Below are positions 50,451-64,000 of a stretch of 64,000 nucleotides of DNA, piece by piece. Every line of letters starts with the position of its first letter. Position 1 is the stretch's first letter. The notes beneath the pieces are model-generated. The model worked only from the letters and a program-made list of their open reading frames with translations. It did no database searches and was not told the DNA's origin. A program made the position numbers and the translations under genes. This DNA comes from the human T2T-CHM13v2.0 reference genome, Homo sapiens, in the NCBI RefSeq assembly GCF_009914755.1, contig NC_060940.1. One strand, 5' to 3'.

Positions 50451-51831
50451 ATCAATACCTGAGGCAACCCTCCCCCAAAAAAAGAGAAGACTGCAATTCA
50501 CTATCAACAGCTCCAACTCACTACTGTCCTCTACTATGTTCCCAAGCTTAGAGATCGAAAGGTGACAGCACAACCAACTCCAAAAATAAATCGAACTTGC
50601 TATAATGCTGGCCTTGGATCATGGAACCACTTTACAGCAAAGACCGCTTTATATACAATATGGTTCTTTTGTGACATTGATAAATACAGATGTGACCAGA
50701 TAAACTATAAGAGGAATGACCTGCTTTAGACTGAATTCTCTACCAGATACCACTATTTTATATGGAAATAATAACATAAAACTATAACTCATAAATAATT
50801 ATATCCTAGAACCATTCTGGAAATGAATGTCAGGAAGGTTACTATAACACAGAATCAAAAGCATAAATGGAAATTAACAATGAAAAGGCTGTAACTGTTT
50901 TTATGTCAATACAATGCTCTTTAAGCAAGAATTCTTTAACTCCATATTAAATATTAGACTTGATGCCTTTAAAAAAAAGCCTTTTAACATGGTAGCCACC
51001 TAAGTAATATCTTCCACTCCATCATCAACTGAGACACATTCTTTCCAAAATCAATTATTTCCATTATATTGTTATAGAAAAGGTCCACGTTTTCTCCCCC
51101 AATGGCCCCACCACCACTTTTCTTAATTCCTTTCTTGGACTATTACCCAGAAAGGGGCAAATAACTGTAATCTTGGCTGCTTTAATACTTTGCATTATCA
51201 ATTTCTAAACCATTAGTCCTATTATCCATGTCTTTAGAAGTTTTCAGGCTACAACTAATGGCTCGCTAATCACCGTATCAGCAGCACAATCAGGTTAACA
51301 GGGACCAAGGAAGTAGCACCTGGTAGGCTCTCCACATACCTTGGTGGTGGCCCGAGGTGGCAAAACACCTCCATCTCATCTCCCTACTTCTGGTTTTCCT
51401 CAGTGCTGCTGTTTCTACTCTCTAAACCAGCTGAAAAGGAGGCAGGGTGGGGACTTGCCTTAATCTCACCTGTAAATCCAGTTCTCGGGCTTTTCTGAGA
51501 TGGAAAATATATTTTTTACTCTACCCCTGGTGATTAATCACTAGCTCTTTGTCTCTGCTTCAATAATGTATGAAAGAATAAAAGGGCACATCAAGTTTTA
51601 GGAGAATTCCATATTATTAGAAAATAGAAGCCTTGAAGCTTTAATTGCTAAAATTCTCAATGAATGGCTACCCAACTCCATTAACATAAAATATATGTAG
51701 AATTAAAAGACCATCTTTATTCAAAAAACAATAATTCAACACACGGTACGTGCAAGTGAATTCAGCCAAAATCTATAAATGAACAATACGGTCTCCAGAG
51801 CCATTCTGCTTTTCTTCTACAATATACATCA

Positions 51832-52017
<186 letters not shown>

Positions 52018-52280
52018 TCACTGACCCCCCCAAAAAAAAGACAGCATCTAGTACTGTCTCCTTGTGTTCTTTAAAGAAACACAGAAGTCTTCGTTTTTTT
52101 CAATGTGAAAGAGAAGCAGCTAGTTTAATTTTTATAATATACAAAGTATAACCAAATGAATAAAGATCTTTACAGATGCATTAAATACCTCCAAACCTTT
52201 TGCCAGAAGGCTATATTGTTCTGGCATTCATTTCACTCAGTAATATGCAGTCGCTTTATAAAGTAGCAAATGAATAATAC

Positions 52281-52323
52281 CTTAAAAGGTTGTGTGCTGG
52301 CCATCAATTTAGTATCCAAGAGT
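52281..52323 (-). CDS. PARN: PARN exon 15, 43 nt, (R)LLDTKLMASTQPFK
   Basis: tttttag|ACTC...AAG|gtatta; in frame. Confidence 0.96.
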
Positions 52324-53511
52324 CTAAAAAGAATTTTTAACAAGGTAAACAAAATGTATATCAATGTTTAAAATGTCTTTTACTCAAATATGTAAGCTAC
52401 TTAAAATACTTCATACATAAAAAACATAATTAAAACATAAAATGTTTAATACAGAAAATACTTAAACACAGACAAAGTAATTAAACACATTGGCCATTTT
52501 GAACCCAGCACCAGCATCCCTGCTACGTTGGAGTAGGTACTCAGTCCCATCATCAGCGACTTCATTGAGCAACTGCAGGAGAGTCCACACTTGGAGTACA
52601 AGTTCTAGATTCACCTGGATCCTCAGAGAGCCTGGGCTCCATCAATCTCAAGGGTGAGTCAAATACTCTCACATGGTTTTACGTGGTTCAAATACTGCTG
52701 CCGGTCTACCATTCCCAAACTGCTACCATCTACTCCTACTCCTCAGGTTTGTAAACTATAAATTCTTCTGCAGGGCCAAAATCTACAATCAGTACTTTCA
52801 CGCTGTTGTTTTTATTTCTTATTATTCTATTTCAGAGATCAGAAACACCAAAAGGGGAGGGTGGGGAGAAACCCACATGAAAACTCTATTTCTCTGTTTT
52901 TTTTTTTTTTTTTTTTCATATAAATGTGAACAGAGTGGGTAACAGGACAGAAATAAGCCCAGCTGAAAGAGAAACTGCTCGAACACCACGCCTATCCCTC
53001 TTCAACAGGTCCTAAGACACAAACACTTGTTCGGTAGGCTCCACATGGCTGACCTATGATGTCTCAGAGATATGTGACATATGACCTATCAGAACAAGGG
53101 GGCAATAATAACTATGGAAAACACCAACAGGAAAAGGCACTGACTTGAAGTGGATGAAAAACAAAATCTCTAGCCAGATGGACAGTTCTTGACTGACTCT
53201 TGAACACTCTCAATTGGACACTTCAATAGTTACAAGGTACATCCTACATGCAAGACAGACAAGAGCCATCTCAAGGAGGCTTCAACAGTTCTTCAGACAG
53301 CAAGATGAGAGATAAGAAAAAAGGAGTCGTTGGTCTACTTTCACTCTCAGTTCAAACTGTGATTTTTTGATAACAAAACCAATCATAAATTATAAAAGCA
53401 AGCCATCACAACATTGGAGACATTAAATAAGTTCCAAGCTTATATGAACATGATCTAATGGTTTTAACAAATTACTATATACCTATTTGTATTGTGTATG
53501 TCACAATAACT

Positions 53512-53808
53512 CTTTTTTTTTTTTTTTTTTTTGAGACAGGATCTCACTCTGTCACCCAGGCTGGATAGTAGCACTATTATGGCTCACTGCAACCTGGACC
53601 TCCTGGGTTCAAGCAATTCGCCCACTTCAGCCTCCTGAGTAGCTGGACCACACGTATCCCACCACACCCAGCTAATTTTTTATTTTTTATAGATATGTGG
53701 TTTCACTATGTTGCCCAGGCTGGTTCTGAACTCCCTAGGCTCAAGTGATCCTCCCACCTCAGTCTCCCAAAGTGGTGGGATTATAGGTGTGAGCCACCGT
53801 GCCCAGCC
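53512..53808 (-). mobile_element. AluJ ending ~40 bp from the exon 14 donor
   Basis: Poly(T) plus reverse Alu. Confidence 0.85.
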
Positions 53809-53849
53809 AACTTTTTTAAAAGAAAGACAAATCCTCAAAGAAAGCTTAC

Positions 53850-53893
53850 CTGGGGAAAACACATGTTGTCATCTCTTTAAACTCACTTAAGTC
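53850..53893 (-). CDS. PARN: PARN exon 14, 44 nt, DLSEFKEMTTCVFP(R)
   Basis: tctttag|GAC...CCCAG|gtaagc; continues the frame of the previous exon. Confidence 0.96.
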
Positions 53894-56127
53894 CTAAAGA
53901 ACAAGAGAAGGACTTGTTACAATTTTCCTAATACACTCGCAGTATTAAAAAACATGTAAACAGCTCAAGTTCCATAGCTGTCTTCTCAAACAAGCTGTTG
54001 GGGCCCTTAAGCTAAACTACAAAACCCATTTCTAGTTAACAAGTACAAAAAAAACACAAAACCTTCCCAATTTCCTCACTCATTGGGAACCATATAACCT
54101 GATAACTAACTTCTGCATAACCAAAACAACAAATTTAAGGATTTAATAGTTGAAATTGGGAAGGGGCAGGGGGTCCAATAAAATGTTAAAACCTACCTAT
54201 TTGAGAGGCCTGTAATAAAAGCAGAAAACTTCCAGTAATAGCTAACAGGCTGCGATCTACCACACAAATTTATCATAACAGTGAGACAAGCAGAGTCATT
54301 TAAATTAAATGGTTTACACAGGAAATGGGCATACTGTAAACTAGCTTAGACCTTTCCTGAGATCACCTTTGAAATGTTAGTAAAAATGGCCTTGGAAACA
54401 CAGGCTTTTCAATACACATATGATTCCTGTTTCAACTCCAGAAAATTGCTCAAGTGGCACTAATAGCAAGTGCCTAGATTAGACAATTCATTTCTCAAGT
54501 TTATTTTGATCAGGAAGTCTAGAGCTGAAATGAGAGTCCTCTAATTTTGAATTAACTCATTTACATACATAATTGCCATGCTAGACTGAGTAGTCATACT
54601 CCTGACTCTTTGTAAACTACACTTCTCTTCAATGTTATTCATGCTTCATAGGAAACTGCTGTTTCCAATTAGCTTTTCAAGCCTGTAAATACAGACTGTA
54701 TTTAGCTAGCCTGATATATTTACCAGCTTTTCACTGGCTATAAATTAATGGGCAAAGCATGAACAGGCGATTTCAATGCAACGTCAAAAAATGCAATAAT
54801 GATGTTTGTAATCTCTCAATACCACTAGAAAGCTTTACAAGCAAGGAACAAGGAGAATTACGGCCACCTCCAGGGCCAACATATAGCACAGTTCTAGACC
54901 AATGTCTTCTAAAAGGTCATGCTCAAGTATCAAGATAGTTCATAAGAAAACACTCTCCTCTAAAAGGCAACTCCAAAATGTGGATTATTTAGTATCCTTT
55001 TAAATGCAAATTTTGATACCAGTGCATGTAAAAGCTCTACCTTTTTATCAAGTCAGGGTCTCACTATGTTGCCCAGACTAGCCTTGAACTCCTGCACTCA
55101 AGCAATTCTCCTGTAACAGCCTCTCAAGTAGCAGGCACTGCAGGTATGCACCACCACACCCAGCCTTCTAATTTATTAGGCTTTCTAATTTCTTCTCATC
55201 ACTTCTTCTAAAGGTAGATGGAAAAAAACAAAACAAAACATTTTCTTTCTCTGACAATGCCAGAACATAAAGAAGTTAAGTTACTTACCAGGTAGCCTTA
55301 GTAATAAAGTGAAGGATAAAACTGCTTATCCTAACCCACTTACTACTCTACAACAAATCACTTGCTCTTTCTACCAGAATTTAATTCAAGACCACTTTCA
55401 TTCCACTTAACGTTCATTAACTGCTTACATACAATGTGTTAAGTCAGGCCATTCATTAACTGCTTACACGCAATGTGTTATGTTACGCACTTACACAACA
55501 AAATGGCTACACCCCTTGTCCAAGGAGCTAACCACCTAGAAGGGGGTTATGCTGTATAATACAAGACAAAATTTATGTAACATAGAGATGTACAATGTTC
55601 TGTGGGAGTTGAGAGAAAGGAAAGATCACCTCTTGGGCAAGGTAGCAGGCAATAAAAACTTCATGGAGAAGGCAAAAGCTGCACCGCGGAAAGTTAAGGG
55701 AAAGCTGTGAACAACAAACATTGAGAACAACAAGAGAAAATTCAAGTTGGAAGAAATTAAACAAAGCACCTCTTAGGGAACAAATAAGTCAGTCTTGGAA
55801 AAAGGAGAGCAACAAGGGATTAGACTACACAGAAAGGTTGGGCTGGATCACAGAAAGCCTGTTATGCATGGGTAAAAATAGTCAACTGCCTAGAAAACAA
55901 AGAGTGTGGGATTAATTTAGAATTTTCAGCAGGGTCAGTGACAGGAACGGAGCCATACATCAGAAGATTACAAAACTGGCAGTCGGGAGATACTTCATTT
56001 GTTAAATCGATATTTAATGCCTTCTAGTGCCAAGCTCTATTCAGTATTCGAAACACCTAGAAGCACAGAATTAAATACATTTTCCTCTTGCCTTGCTGAT
56101 AACTTCATTGCTTTAAAGATCAAAAAA

Positions 56128-60160
<4,033 letters not shown>

Positions 60161-60810
60161 GCGATCAAGAATTCTGTAGGACTGGACCCACTTCAGCTGC
60201 CACCACTTACCTTCAATGGCCCTGCTATGTCTAATTGTAGCAGGACCAAACTAGCAGCCCACACCTGTGGCCTGGGAATCCCTGCCCAGCACTAAATGAG
60301 CAAACCACTGGCATTAAGACAATGAAACAAATGTTTAATCTTCCTCTGGCAATGGCAGTGACTGAAGATCCCTTAATAAAAAAGTTTGTGGCCAGGCGTG
60401 GTAGCTCAGGCCTGTAATCCCAGCACTATGGGAGGCCAAGGCAGGCGGATCACGAGGTCAGGAGTTCGAGAACAACCTGGCCAATATGGTGAAACCCCAT
60501 CTCTACTAAAAATACAAAAAGTAGCTGGGCGTGGTGACGGGTGCCTGTAATCCCAGCTACTCAGGAGGCTGAGGCAGGAGACTCGCTTGAACCCAAGAGG
60601 TGGAGGCTGCAGCAAGCCAAGATTGCACCACTGCACTCCTGGGCAACAGAGTGAGAATACATCTCAAGGAAAAAAAAATGTGCAACTGAGTGCATAAGAT
60701 TCTCTCTGGGAACATGCTGCATACAAGGAAATGGCACCCAAGTAGAGGACAGTTCAGTTAAAAGCATCATAATAATATTTTTTCAGATAAAAAGAATCCT
60801 GCTAATATTA

Positions 60811-60912
<102 letters not shown>

Positions 60913-61023
60913 CTAAAGAAAGTCAAGGTTAGAAAAAAGACTTCTACATTCGAAATTATACTGGGGTTTCAGAATGTATAGTTCAGATTCCAAGAGGACT
61001 TTGTACTAAACTCGCTTTCCAGA

Positions 61024-61026
<3 letters not shown>

Positions 61027-61061
<35 letters not shown>
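61027..61061 (+). repeat. A35 homopolymer (U35 in the pre-mRNA)
   Basis: Counted directly. Confidence 0.9.
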
Positions 61062-61064
<3 letters not shown>

Positions 61065-61239
61065 CAAATAAGCTAATTTGGGCTGGCTTCATTCCTCCTC
61101 CATTTTGGAATGTTAAATCCAGAAAGCAAAGTGAAAGCACAAATGACTTTGATGTCACTGATCTTTTTCTTGAATTTTTATTAATTATGCCACCCTCATG
61201 AATCAGAAGTAGTAAAATTTTGATTGAAAAGTTTTTTTA

Positions 61240-61599
<360 letters not shown>

Positions 61600-62033
61600 C
61601 TAAACACAAATTTTAGGGCTGCATCCTTTAAAACAACCCACTTATTTTAAAAGATACATTCATACCAATGCTAAAAGGTAAAAATAACTAATTTCTAACT
61701 ATATTAAACAGAATTGCATTTCCTATATCATTATGTCAAAATTCATGGGGCATGTTCTTAAACACACATCCATTAAAAGTCACTGCCTTTCAGCCAACCG
61801 AAATACAATATATGTGCTGGCAGCCCTCTTCGTGCAATGGGCGGTGTGTCTGTCTCACACTATATGTGCAACAAATTAGTCCATTTTGATAAAAATTAAA
61901 TTTCCAAAATGGAACATAAATTTAGATTTAGCCAGCCAGGTGACACCATTTTTAACATAAAACATCAGGGGCCGGGCGTGGTGGCTCACACCTGTTAATC
62001 CCAGCACTTTGAGAGGCCAAGGCAGGCGGATCA

Positions 62034-62284
<251 letters not shown>

Positions 62285-62479
62285 TTACTATAACCCAAAG
62301 GACCTTCAGTGTAACACTGCTTGATTCATGGGACTACACATTAATTATCTGAAATAATCCTACACAAAATCTCCCAAATCTAACAGAGAAGCTGTCCTTT
62401 TGGCTCATTATTGGTGTACATTCTGAATACCTATGCTACGCTAAAATAATGAGCATTGATTGAAACCACAGAAAAGATG

Positions 62480-63985
<1,506 letters not shown>

Positions 63986-64000
63986 GAAAGGGCTGGGTGT

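Noticed and set aside
54719-54738. 15-nt perfect complement to part of exon 20 (tttaccagcttttca)
   Set aside because: 33 kb away, short and AT-rich; plausible by chance in a window this size

Overview
Hominid (most likely human) genomic DNA from inside the PARN gene (poly(A)-specific ribonuclease), transcribed on the minus strand. Nine coding exons with canonical GT-AG boundaries are present (60835-60912 down to 19560-19634). They splice in frame into PARN residues ~281-494, which cover the second half of the DEDDh nuclease domain and most of the cap-binding RRM. Exon numbers 13-21 and residue numbers come from my recollection of the reference mRNA. The rest is intron, densely filled with retroelements: a sense-oriented SVA at the window start, roughly 60 Alus or Alu fragments, old L1 pieces, a full-length THE1A MaLR provirus, MLT1 LTRs, MIR/L2, and MER1/MER2/MER44/MER5/MER58 DNA elements. 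Repeat family assignments are from remembered consensus sequences, not from a RepeatMasker run. I found no new protein-coding system; almost all ORFs in the supplied track are repeat-derived noise. The most unusual small-scale signals are: a 22-nt polyadenylated micro-retrocopy with a 16-bp TSD; a poly(A)-only TPRT scar; a MIR-derived 33-nt patch apparently copied into the much younger THE1A from 3.7 kb away; an 87-nt near-perfect intronic hairpin; a candidate poison exon in intron 16; and an Alu-Alu recombination-type duplication.
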